Below, piece after piece: positions 39,325-47,777 of a stretch of DNA of 64,000 nt. Source of the DNA: an uncultured Acidobacteriota bacterium (GTDB lineage Bacteria; Acidobacteriota; JAQAZP01); assembly GCA_963836075.1 (NCBI GenBank), contig CAWIIB010000009.1, forward strand, positions 1,472,001-1,536,000, written 5' to 3'. Made by a program: the position numbers and the translations under genes. How positions within the stretch are numbered: position 1 is the first letter of the stretch; every line of letters starts with the position of its first letter. The notes below the pieces were generated by a model. The model was not told the DNA's origin and searched no databases. It saw only the letters and a program-made list of their open reading frames with translations.

Positions 39325-39954
39325 ATGCGCAGAAGGATACCCCAGAGACTCATGACCGCGTGCAGCGCCGCATTCCTGTTCTGCTGTTCATATTCCTGCG
39401 GCACGGGGTACGTGCCGCGGAATGGCGACATCATCTTCCACACCTCCCGTTCCGCCCAGAGCGAGGCCATCCAGAAGGCGACCAGCTCGCCCTACAGCCA
39501 CATGGGGATTGTTTACGTCCAGCAGGGCCGGGCATTCGTGTTCGAAGCCGTGGAGCCGGTCAGATCGACACCGCTGGACGAGTGGATCGCCCGCGGGGTG
39601 GACGGAAAGTACGTGGTGAAGCGGCTGCGTAAAGCTGACCGGCTGCTGACCTCCGGTGCTCTGGCGCGGATGCGGGAGGTTGGCGAGGCGTTCGAGGGGC
39701 GGCCCTATGACCTCTACTTCGAGTGGACCGATGATCGGACATATTGTTCGGAACTGGTCTGGAAAGTCTATCAGCGTGCCCTGGGGCTCGAGATTGGCGA
39801 GCTGCAGTGCATGAGCGAATTCGACCTCACCGATCCACTGGTCAGAGAAAAGGTGGAGGAGCGCTGGGGTGGCACGCCTCCCGGGAACGAGATCGTCATA
39901 TCCCCGGAAGCGATCTTCCGCAGCGACCTGCTGGTGACCGTTGCCGAGCGGTAG
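39325..39954 (+). CDS. YiiX/YebB-like permuted papain-like NlpC/P60 enzyme
   Basis: GDIIF..S...QS.AIQ.AT.SPYSHMGIV, G.PYD..F and YCSELVWKVY, with His before Cys. Confidence 0.9.
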   Translation: MRRRIPQRLMTACSAAFLFCCSYSCGTGYVPRNGDIIFHTSRSAQSEAIQKATSSPYSHMGIVYVQQGRAFVFEAVEPVRSTPLDEWIARGVDGKYVVKRLRKADRLLTSGALARMREVGEAFEGRPYDLYFEWTDDRTYCSELVWKVYQRALGLEIGELQCMSEFDLTDPLVREKVEERWGGTPPGNEIVISPEAIFRSDLLVTVAER

Positions 39955-40016
39955 GTGTCTGCTTCTTTGGTCGGGATGATGGATGACAAATACGTGAAAT
40001 GTCGAGGAGATGGATA

Positions 40017-40421
40017 ATGAATAGAAAACTACTAACAGGAATTCTAATTGCATCTGGGATAGTGGTGACAATTTTTAATCCACTGATAAGTGGGATACTC
40101 GCAGTAGGAGTCTGGATATACCTGGTCGGGGCAGTTCGGAAACAAGAGAATAGTGTTTTCAATGACCAGATGACGCCATTGTTGACCGAAGGGCACTTCA
40201 ACTGGTTGAAAACATTGTTGATAGTATCTGGGATATCATTTCTTGTTTTTATTGTCTCTGCCATTGCGCACAATGTCCTGGAGGAGGAATTCTTCTCTCT
40301 TGTTATCGCGCTAGTGGCGGTATGGGTACTGGTTCTATCAACTGCTGGCGGTCTGGTTTTGTTTCTCAGCGGACGACAAAAGTACCGGAATACAGAGATT
40401 CCTGCAAGTGGATCGATTTAA
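40017..40421 (+). CDS. Low-GC four-TM membrane protein
   Basis: GAGGAG RBS, four hydrophobic segments and visibly AT-rich codons. Confidence 0.75.
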   Translation: MNRKLLTGILIASGIVVTIFNPLISGILAVGVWIYLVGAVRKQENSVFNDQMTPLLTEGHFNWLKTLLIVSGISFLVFIVSAIAHNVLEEEFFSLVIALVAVWVLVLSTAGGLVLFLSGRQKYRNTEIPASGSI

Positions 40422-40425
40422 ATAG

Positions 40426-40466
40426 ACAGATAACAACTGAATGCACCTGAACGCAAATGCGCTCAC
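40426..40466 (+). mobile_element. Truncated integron attC-like site (left arm and apical hairpin only)
   Basis: Just after a stop codon: AGATAAC-AA-CTGAAT-G-CACC-TGAACGCA-AA-TGCGCTCA. The expected right arm (GGTG-ATTCAG...GTT) is replaced by CTTACAGATTGG. Confidence 0.5.
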
Positions 40467-40487
40467 TTACAGATTGGGGAGAACACC

Positions 40488-41111
40488 ATGAGGATGAACT
40501 CGTTGATCATTCTCCTCGGGTTCCTGCTCTGCACTGTGGCCTGCGCCCCGTGGCAGATCGGGGCCGAGAAGGACGTGGTGAAGAACGGGATCGAGTTCGA
40601 GACCTTCAAGGAGGAGAAGGACGGTTCCAAGCTGGGCATCCTTGCGGGTGACACGGTGATCGACGGCTGGCCCTGCAAAAAGGGGTTCATCGTCTTCCAT
40701 GCCGACTGGAGCCTGGATGAACTGCTGCTCTCCCGGGATTACCAACGGAACGGGATCTCCATGCCCGCGGGCACCTGGGTCTTTCCCGACGCGCAGGGGA
40801 ACCCGGGGATCTGCATGTTTCCCCATGATGTTGAGATTCAGGGCCATCTCTGCCGGGGCAGCCGGGCGGGGAAGGAGGGCGTGATGACCTCCTTCCATCC
40901 CGGCGGTGAGGTGAACCAATACTTCTGCCGCGAGGATCCCGTGATCGACGGCGTGCCCTGCAAGGGCAGTGTCTTTGCTTCGGGGATCCATCTTTATGAA
41001 AACGGCCGGCTGGCACAGTGCGAGCTGGCCGGGGGCGCCACGATCGGCGGCGTCGAATACGCCAGGGGGGCCGTCCTCCGCTTCGATGAAGCTGGGAATG
41101 TGCTCGAATAG
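40488..41111 (+). CDS. Lipoprotein with repeated beta-hairpin (MORN/YwqK-like) motifs
   Basis: Lipobox TVAC and repeats of L..D..I.G..C.G....F...G.L. Confidence 0.75.
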   Translation: MRMNSLIILLGFLLCTVACAPWQIGAEKDVVKNGIEFETFKEEKDGSKLGILAGDTVIDGWPCKKGFIVFHADWSLDELLLSRDYQRNGISMPAGTWVFPDAQGNPGICMFPHDVEIQGHLCRGSRAGKEGVMTSFHPGGEVNQYFCREDPVIDGVPCKGSVFASGIHLYENGRLAQCELAGGATIGGVEYARGAVLRFDEAGNVLE

Positions 41112-41153
41112 CATGGAAACCGCCGGCGGACTTCCAAAGATCGGATGGACAGG

Positions 41154-41474
41154 ATGAAACGTGTAACACGCATTATTCGTCGGATGCCATTTTTCCTCTA
41201 TGGACTTGTGGCGATTGGTGGATATTGGCTCATCGGAAGCTTGTCTTCATTCGGCCAGGGGTACGATGATCGTGGTATCGGAACTTTCCTGTTCCTGGTC
41301 TCGCTCGTATGGAATATCGTCGCCTTTCCGTTCTGGTTCGCCACAGAAGCACTGTTTTCGCTGAACGAGGGACACGCCGTTCCCGGCCACGGGATTCTGT
41401 CGATAGCCATCGTGATGCCCCTGCTGCTAATTCTCGATTTTGTATGGCGGCGCTATTCATCCCCGGAGGAGTAA
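41154..41474 (+). CDS. Small low-GC membrane protein (about 3 TM)
   Basis: Hydrophobic segments and atypical codon usage. The ORF is open from 41145. Confidence 0.65.
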   Translation: MKRVTRIIRRMPFFLYGLVAIGGYWLIGSLSSFGQGYDDRGIGTFLFLVSLVWNIVAFPFWFATEALFSLNEGHAVPGHGILSIAIVMPLLLILDFVWRRYSSPEE

Positions 41475-41519
41475 TCGTCTCACCACTGTCGCAGATAATG
41501 GTTTTGAGGAGCTTGCAGG

Positions 41520-41906
41520 ATGAAATTGCTGGAAGGACAGTTCAGGGGGGCGACAGCCATGATGGCATGGTTGATAGTGCCGGCACTCATCTCCTGGCTG
41601 CTTGTTCGTATGCATGTTTTGCTTGCTCTTGGGCCACTCTTTTGCTGGTTTCTGGTCGTATATCCGCATGACGATATCGTGCATCGAGGTCTGCACGGTT
41701 TTACGCCGTTGTTTTCAAGTGGCATGTCCGTCCTCATCGCGGTTCTTCAATGGTCGCTGGTCACGGTAGTGTATTCACTTGTTACTCGACGGTTTCGGCC
41801 AGAGAGACATCTATGGGCTGCGCCGCTTGTCATCGTTTTCGTATCCGCAGTAACCCACTATCTGGTTTTTCTCTACGGTTACGAAATTTCAATGGATTGG
41901 TTGTGA
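41520..41906 (+). CDS. Small low-GC membrane protein (about 4 TM)
   Basis: GAGGAG RBS and hydrophobic segments. Flanked by imperfect 17-bp direct repeats. Confidence 0.65.
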   Translation: MKLLEGQFRGATAMMAWLIVPALISWLLVRMHVLLALGPLFCWFLVVYPHDDIVHRGLHGFTPLFSSGMSVLIAVLQWSLVTVVYSLVTRRFRPERHLWAAPLVIVFVSAVTHYLVFLYGYEISMDWL

Positions 41907-41988
41907 TCATGCCCGCAACGGGAAGGAGCACCCACGTCCGGCTGGCACAAATAATGGATTCTGATTCATCGAACCAGGGAGGGGCATC

Positions 41989-42639
41989 ATGAAAACCAGG
42001 AAAAACAACTTCGGATTGCAGACGATCTTCTCCATTTTCCTCGGGCTGATGCTTGCCGCATTCGCCGGCATCGGCGTCTATACCTTCCACCCGCCGCCAG
42101 GCGATTACGAGGCGCAGATTCGAGATCTCACCCGGGAGGAACAGGAGATCAGGGACTCGAGCCCGTCGGGTGAGCTGACAGTAGAGGATCGCGACCAGAT
42201 CGATGAAATCAGGAGTCGGCGCAGGGTTCTGTCGGACCAGGCTCTGGAGGACCGCAAGCCGTGGTTCCTGAGCACGAGCATCATCCTCATCGTCTTCTCC
42301 ACGCTCCTCCTGGTTGTGTCGCTGCTGCGGTCGGATCAGCTGCAGGTGATCAGCAGCGGCCTGCTCCTGGGCGGCGTATTCACCATGCTCTACGGTGTGG
42401 GATGGATCGCCTTCACCGGCACATCGGTGCTCCGGTTCCTGGTCATGACGATCGCACTGGTGATTACCGTGGGGCTCGGGTACGTCAGGTTCGTGCGCAG
42501 AGGTAAGACCCCGCCAGCCCCTGGTGGGCAGGAAATGGTCAAGGGTGATGCGCTGGAAGAGATCGAGGACCGGATTCGGAGTCTTGAAGGGCGACTGACC
42601 GAAGCGGCAACTGCGCTCGGACGAAAGGATGATAATTAG
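41989..42639 (+). CDS. Membrane protein with periplasmic coiled coil
   Basis: GGAGG RBS; layout is TM, coiled coil, three TM, C-terminal coiled coil. Confidence 0.8.
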   Translation: MKTRKNNFGLQTIFSIFLGLMLAAFAGIGVYTFHPPPGDYEAQIRDLTREEQEIRDSSPSGELTVEDRDQIDEIRSRRRVLSDQALEDRKPWFLSTSIILIVFSTLLLVVSLLRSDQLQVISSGLLLGGVFTMLYGVGWIAFTGTSVLRFLVMTIALVITVGLGYVRFVRRGKTPPAPGGQEMVKGDALEEIEDRIRSLEGRLTEAATALGRKDDN

Positions 42640-42667
42640 AGAAGGTCCTGAGGGATCTCGCATTCCA

Positions 42668-42696
42668 TTGACAAAGCAGGGAGGTGGGTTTAAGGT
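42668..42696 (+). promoter_or_regulatory. Putative sigma70 promoter of the radical SAM gene
   Basis: TTGACA-17 bp-TAAGGT. Confidence 0.5.
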
Positions 42697-42751
42697 TCTC
42701 GCTTGGCTGGTGGATCGCTCTGTATTTCCGCCGGCAGCGAGGTTTTTCCGT

Positions 42752-44242
42752 ATGAGCAAGCGCACTATCACCGCGGCCATCGTCATCCCGGCCTGGACCC
42801 ACCAGGAATCGCACCCCACCGCCCTGCGCAAGCTGGGTGCCGGGTTCTGGCCCCCGCTGAACCTGATGTATCTGGCCTCCCGGCTGCAGGCCGACGGCCA
42901 CAAGGTGGTGATGCTCGACGGCGGTTTCTACGCCCACGACGACCTGATCCGGACCGTGGCCTCCCACGATCCCGACCTTATCGGCATTTACTCCAACACC
43001 GTGCTCTGGAACGGGTCGCGGCAGACTGCGGAGGATCTGCGGGCCCTGCTGCCCGGTGCGCACATCACCTTTGGCGGGCCGCTGCCCTCGGTGATCAAGG
43101 AGGAGCACCTCGCCAAGTGCCCGGCCGGCGACTCGGTGGTGGTCAACGAGGGCGAGGAGACCCTGGCGGAGATTGCCGGACGGCTGGCCGAAGGAGAAAC
43201 CCTTGAGGGCGTGGCCGGCACGGTGTATCGGAACGGCGACGAGATCCTGCGCAACCCCGAACGGGACTACATCCACGACCTGGACAGCCTGCCCTTCCCG
43301 GCTCGCGACCTGATCGACCACAAGGACTACATCCCGCCCATCGGGCTCTATACCAAGCGGCCGCTGACCACCATGCTCACCAGCCGCGGCTGCCACCACA
43401 AGTGCATCTACTGCTACAAGTGGGGCGGGGACAACATCCGCTACCGTGACCCGGTGCCGGTGGCCGAAGAGATGGAACTGGTGGTGCAGCGGTACGGGAT
43501 CAAGGAGATCCGTTTCTGGGACGACACCTTCACCGCACGCAAGGACCGGGTGCTCCAGCTGGCCGAGGAGGTGGCCCGGCGCAAGATCAAGGTCGACTTC
43601 AGCATCGCCACCCGGGCTGACTGCCTGGACCGCGAGGTGCTCAAGGCCCTGAAGCAGATGGGCTGCTACAACATCATGATCGGGGTGGAGTCGGGGGTGC
43701 CGAAGAACCTCAAGACCCTGAAGAAGGGCGAATCGAGGGAGACGATCCGCGAGGGCGTGGCCATGGTTCACGAAGCGGGGATCCGCACCTTTCTCACCTC
43801 GATGTTCGGGGTGCCGGGCGAAACCTACGAGGACGGCCTGGAGACCATCGAGTTCGTCAAGAGCCTCAAGGGGGACGCGTCGCACTTCTTCACCCTCTCA
43901 CCCTTCCCCGGCACCGAACTCTACGAGAACCTGGATGAGTTCGGCAAGGTGGTTCCCGGCGACTACTCGGTTCTGGGGATGCACACCCTCTGTTTCGCCC
44001 CGCACACCCTGACCTTCGAAGAGATCGAGTCGCTGCGGCGCCGGGCCTTTCTGCAGACCACTCTCATCCCCTCCTTCATGATCAAGCGGGTGCTCAAGCT
44101 CCGGTCCTTTGAGGAGGTGAAGATCCTCGCCCGGGCGGGCAGCACCATCTTCCTCGCCATGGTGCCCCAGATGATGAAGTCACTGGTCCGCGGCCGCAAG
44201 AGCAGCAAGTCGGACGTGCAGTTCGGTGGCAAATTAACCTGA
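42752..44242 (+). CDS. B12-binding radical SAM protein
   Basis: PPLNLMYLAS, GGP, EGEET, DLDSLPFPAR, TSRGCHHKCIYC (CxxxCxxC), DDTF, GVESG and PFPGT. Confidence 0.92.
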   Translation: MSKRTITAAIVIPAWTHQESHPTALRKLGAGFWPPLNLMYLASRLQADGHKVVMLDGGFYAHDDLIRTVASHDPDLIGIYSNTVLWNGSRQTAEDLRALLPGAHITFGGPLPSVIKEEHLAKCPAGDSVVVNEGEETLAEIAGRLAEGETLEGVAGTVYRNGDEILRNPERDYIHDLDSLPFPARDLIDHKDYIPPIGLYTKRPLTTMLTSRGCHHKCIYCYKWGGDNIRYRDPVPVAEEMELVVQRYGIKEIRFWDDTFTARKDRVLQLAEEVARRKIKVDFSIATRADCLDREVLKALKQMGCYNIMIGVESGVPKNLKTLKKGESRETIREGVAMVHEAGIRTFLTSMFGVPGETYEDGLETIEFVKSLKGDASHFFTLSPFPGTELYENLDEFGKVVPGDYSVLGMHTLCFAPHTLTFEEIESLRRRAFLQTTLIPSFMIKRVLKLRSFEEVKILARAGSTIFLAMVPQMMKSLVRGRKSSKSDVQFGGKLT

Positions 44243-44277
44243 CAGTTCAAGATGTTTTCCGAGGCCCGATGGCGGCG

Positions 44278-44433
44278 TTATGGTGCCGCGGCGGTCACCG
44301 TGCAGGTGGCCTGGTCCGTGTCGCCGGACGAGGGGTATGGCGGCTGGTCATCGGGAACGACGATGGTGGCGGAAAAGGCGGCGACCGGGATGAGCAGTGC
44401 GACGATGGAGATAATCAGTACGTTCTGGCGCAT
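44278..44433 (-). pseudogene. Internally deleted relic of a large secreted protein
   Basis: A signal peptide plus ATIVVPDDQP runs directly into the terminal-looking PYPSSGDTDQATCTVTAAAP*. Only 51 aa, with a GAGG RBS. Confidence 0.55.
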
Positions 44434-44574
44434 GACTGACCTCTTTGGCAAGTGATTCAGCGGCGGATCAGGGATACCGGCCGCCGCAGGTATTGTCCAT
44501 GAATATGAATATAGGGTGACGGGGGGCAATAGTCCACAACGTGTGGCGCGGAGGATCTGAGCCGGGGCGTTCGA

Positions 44575-45204
44575 CTACTTCTGGCTGGCCTGGCGTTCCT
44601 TCAGCTCTTTCAACTGCGGCTCGGCAAACTCCTTGTAGCAGTCAGGACAGATGGAGTGGCTGAAGATGGCCTCGCTGTGCTCGCTGACATAACTCTCCAC
44701 CTGCTGCCAGTAGTTGCCGTCGTTGCGCACTTTTTTGCAGTAGGAGCAGATGGGGAGCAGTCCCTGCAGGGTCTTGACCCGGGAGAGTGCCACTTCCAGC
44801 TCGCCCACTCTCTGGGCGAGGTTGTCCTGCAGTTCGAGGATCCGCTGGCCCACCTGGACGCGGGCTTTCAGTTCCGGCGGGTTGAACGGCTTGGTGATGT
44901 AGTCGTCCGCACCGGCCTCCAGGGCGGTGACCAGCTTGTCGATGTCGTCCATCGAGGTGAGGATGATCAAATACGGCCTGGCCTGGCCCCGGTTCAGCCG
45001 GCGTATCCGGCGGGCCACTTCCACGCCGTCCATCTCGGGCATCATCCAGTCCATCACTGCCAGGCGAGGGGCATCCTCCTCCTGCATGATCTGCCAGGCC
45101 TCTCTCCCGTTGCGGGCCAGTTCAACTTCGAATCCCCATTTTTCCAGGGTCTTGGTCAGCAACCGCTGAAAGACAGGGTCGTCCTCTGCAAGCATCATCC
45201 TCAT
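44575..45204 (-). CDS. Response regulator with C-terminal Cys/His cluster domain
   Basis: REC domain (LAEDD, MDWMMPEMDG, TKPF), a coiled coil, then LLPICSYCKK...W...E.Y......FSHSICPDC. Confidence 0.9.
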   Translation of the reverse strand: MRMMLAEDDPVFQRLLTKTLEKWGFEVELARNGREAWQIMQEEDAPRLAVMDWMMPEMDGVEVARRIRRLNRGQARPYLIILTSMDDIDKLVTALEAGADDYITKPFNPPELKARVQVGQRILELQDNLAQRVGELEVALSRVKTLQGLLPICSYCKKVRNDGNYWQQVESYVSEHSEAIFSHSICPDCYKEFAEPQLKELKERQASQK

Positions 45205-45277
45205 TGATCCGCCTCCCTGTTGCGTACTGATTTTCTATTCGTCATTCCGGGGGCGGAATATTAGGATTCTTTGCCGG

Positions 45278-45691
45278 TCAGAACTCAAAAGAGTCGATTT
45301 TGCTCAGCCCGATGGCGTCAGAGGTGAAGTCGATGGTGCCGTGAGCGATGCGCAGCAGGACGAACCAGGGGTGGTCCGGCGTTTTGAGCAGGCGCTGGAG
45401 GAATTCGTGCCGGCCAAAGAGTTCTTTCTTCAGTTCTGTCTCGTCGACGATGCTGATCTCGCCATCCACCCGCATCATTTGCATGTCGTGCCAGAAACAG
45501 GCCTCCACCAGAGGGTTCTCCTTGATCTGGCTGAACACCTTCTTTGGCGTGCCGGTGGCGAAGAAGAATCCCTCCGGCCCGGCCTGGAGCAGCTTGAACA
45601 TGCGTACCCGGGCCTGGGTCCGGTCCACCGTGGCCAGGGCGCAGATCGGGTTTGCCATGGCGAAATCAAACAGTTCTTCAAGGGTCATCAC
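45278..45691 (-). CDS. Pyridoxamine 5'-phosphate oxidase family FMN-binding protein
   Basis: LATVD..ARVR, FFFATG..K.V..QI.ENP.VE.CF and RVDG. Confidence 0.85.
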   Translation of the reverse strand: MMTLEELFDFAMANPICALATVDRTQARVRMFKLLQAGPEGFFFATGTPKKVFSQIKENPLVEACFWHDMQMMRVDGEISIVDETELKKELFGRHEFLQRLLKTPDHPWFVLLRIAHGTIDFTSDAIGLSKIDSFEF

Positions 45692-45760
45692 ATTCTCCCC
45701 TCATGAGGTCGTTCTTAAATTGCTCAGGCTATGACCCCGATAATTTTACGGTTTTCAGGG

Positions 45761-47773
45761 CTATTTCTCTTCACCGCCGTCCCGTTCCCGGGCACGTGCC
45801 ACCGGGCCCACGATCTTCCAGACCTGAACCTCACGGTTTCGCCGCTGGAGGATGGAATAGTATCCGAACTGATTGATCTTGCGATAGGCCCGTTCTCGCC
45901 AGATCCGCCACTGCGGGTTGCTCTCGTCCGCGACTGTCACGTTGGTGAACGTGTCGAGGGTCAGCAGGTTGTTGGGGATCAACCAGATCTTGTTGTTCCC
46001 GTGGTGCGATTTTTCATGCTTTGGTGACGGCTGGTCGCCGCCGAATTCCAAATGCCAGCAGTTCCACTCGAAGCCGCCCTCGATGCGGTCCGCCGGGACC
46101 CCCTTGTCCAGCAGCCAGTTGCCGGCGGCCCAGCGGGCTTCGTTGAACGAGATCTGGTCCCGGGTCCATACCACCCCCAGGGCGAAGCTGGCCACCAGGC
46201 CGAGGGTGAGCAGCGTGCGGTTGAGTCGGGCGCTCCGGAACGCGTCAAATGGCAGGATCACCGCGCCGGGGACCAGCAGCAGGGCATAGCGGATGAAGAA
46301 CTTGCCCGTGGCCAGGTAGTAGACCAGCAGCCCGAGGGTGAAGAGGTAGACCGGGACGGCGATGCGGAAACCAACGGGGCTCTGGTGGAGCGCCGGCCCG
46401 CTGCCCGGTGGGGTGTCGGGGGTGGCTGGGGTGGCGGGGGCATCGGGGCGGCGTAACAGGGCGCAGAGGCGGATCAGGCCGAGGGCCGCGGCCAGCGACA
46501 GGCTCACCTTCCATCCCACCTCGGCGAACATCGCCTGCACCCGCCCCAGTGGAACCACCAGCGGCAGCAGCCCCTGCAGCAGGGCGGCTGCGGCGAGCAG
46601 GAGGGCCGCCCCGCTGGTGAGCCTGGCCAGGCGGTGATCAGCGGCGATCCGGGAGGTGTACCGGGCCAGGAGCAGGCCCGCGGCCAGCAGCAGCAGCGAG
46701 GCGCCGAGGAGTGCGGCGGCGGTGAGCAGGAGGCGCGCGCCGGTGCCCAAGAGAACCTCGCGGTCCCCGGGCAGGGGGGCGGCGTTGTATGGTCCGTAGA
46801 TCGAGATGAAGCCCGGGCGGTAGGGCATCAGCCGGTCCTCTCCGCCTTCAGGCACGTTGTATTGCCAGACGGCCAGGGCGGTGAGCAGGATCAGCAGCAC
46901 CAGCCAGACAGCCAGAATACCCCTCTCACGGAGGAAGCCGCCCCGTTTCAGTCCCGAGGGGAGCATTGCCGCCAGCAGGGGGAGGAAGAACATCCCCATG
47001 TAGCAGATGATCTTGAAGAGAAGCAGCGGGGTCTCGGGGCTGAAAAAATCGGGGGCCACCTTGAGGTAGCGGTGGGGCATGGTGATCATCAGGCGCTGGA
47101 ACACCAGGTAGACGCAGAAGAACGGCAATGACATGAGCAGCCAGAGGTGCGCTCCGCGAGGGCGGCCGGTGGCCACCCAGTGGATGACGAAGGCGAAGAC
47201 CAGCAGCAGCGTGAAGTCACGGGTCAGCGCGGCGGCCAGCAGCGCGGCCGCGGCGAGGAGAAAGTGGGCCGGGCGGCCTGATGCCTCGGCCCGGGTGGCC
47301 AGCCAGAGGGCGACGAAGGTCATGGCCAGGGCCGGGATATCGTTCATGAAGCTGAAGGTGAAGTGGAAGTAGAAGAGGGTCGAGGCTGTGGCCAGGGCGG
47401 CGAGGAGGGACTCCAGGGGGCCGCGGCCGGCGCTTCGCAGCCAGCCGTAGAGCGCGAGAATGCCGCAGACGCTGAACAGCAGGGTGACCATGTGCAGCAC
47501 CGAGTAGGAGAAGCCGAACAGCGCGCAGAAAAGGGCGCCCACCAGGACCTGGAAGAGGAGCGAGGTGGCGGTCCAGGTGAAGTGGAAGCGGCCCTCTTCC
47601 AGCAGTGTCTTCACCGCCTTGCCGTAGCCCCAGTCGTCGTAGATCGGCGTGTCGAAGAGCGGGTTGACCAGCAGGGCGGCGAGGAGGAAAAAGGCGAGGA
47701 TCGCCGCAATGGCGGCGTGGTCCGCCGCCCGGGATTCCCCGCGGGCGTTGGTCTGATGTCCGGTCAACGCCAT
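45761..47773 (-). CDS. GT-C (ArnT/GT39-like) integral membrane glycosyltransferase
   Basis: P.YDDW.Y in the first loop, many TMs, FM.DIP, RYALLL and GGFEWN. Confidence 0.72.
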   Translation of the reverse strand: MALTGHQTNARGESRAADHAAIAAILAFFLLAALLVNPLFDTPIYDDWGYGKAVKTLLEEGRFHFTWTATSLLFQVLVGALFCALFGFSYSVLHMVTLLFSVCGILALYGWLRSAGRGPLESLLAALATASTLFYFHFTFSFMNDIPALAMTFVALWLATRAEASGRPAHFLLAAAALLAAALTRDFTLLLVFAFVIHWVATGRPRGAHLWLLMSLPFFCVYLVFQRLMITMPHRYLKVAPDFFSPETPLLLFKIICYMGMFFLPLLAAMLPSGLKRGGFLRERGILAVWLVLLILLTALAVWQYNVPEGGEDRLMPYRPGFISIYGPYNAAPLPGDREVLLGTGARLLLTAAALLGASLLLLAAGLLLARYTSRIAADHRLARLTSGAALLLAAAALLQGLLPLVVPLGRVQAMFAEVGWKVSLSLAAALGLIRLCALLRRPDAPATPATPDTPPGSGPALHQSPVGFRIAVPVYLFTLGLLVYYLATGKFFIRYALLLVPGAVILPFDAFRSARLNRTLLTLGLVASFALGVVWTRDQISFNEARWAAGNWLLDKGVPADRIEGGFEWNCWHLEFGGDQPSPKHEKSHHGNNKIWLIPNNLLTLDTFTNVTVADESNPQWRIWRERAYRKINQFGYYSILQRRNREVQVWKIVGPVARARERDGGEEK

Positions 47774-47777
47774 GGGG

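Noticed and set aside
38328-44242. Cys-containing peptide plus radical SAM enzyme as a RiPP pair
   Set aside because: They are about 4 kb apart with separate promoters. The enzyme is B12-type with no SPASM or RRE domain evident, and the peptide has a Sec-like signal.
44449-44461. CAAGTGATTCAGC as the missing right arm of the attC at 40426
   Set aside because: The match is short, lies 4 kb away, has no GTT core, and sits in the 5' region of another gene. It is probably chance.
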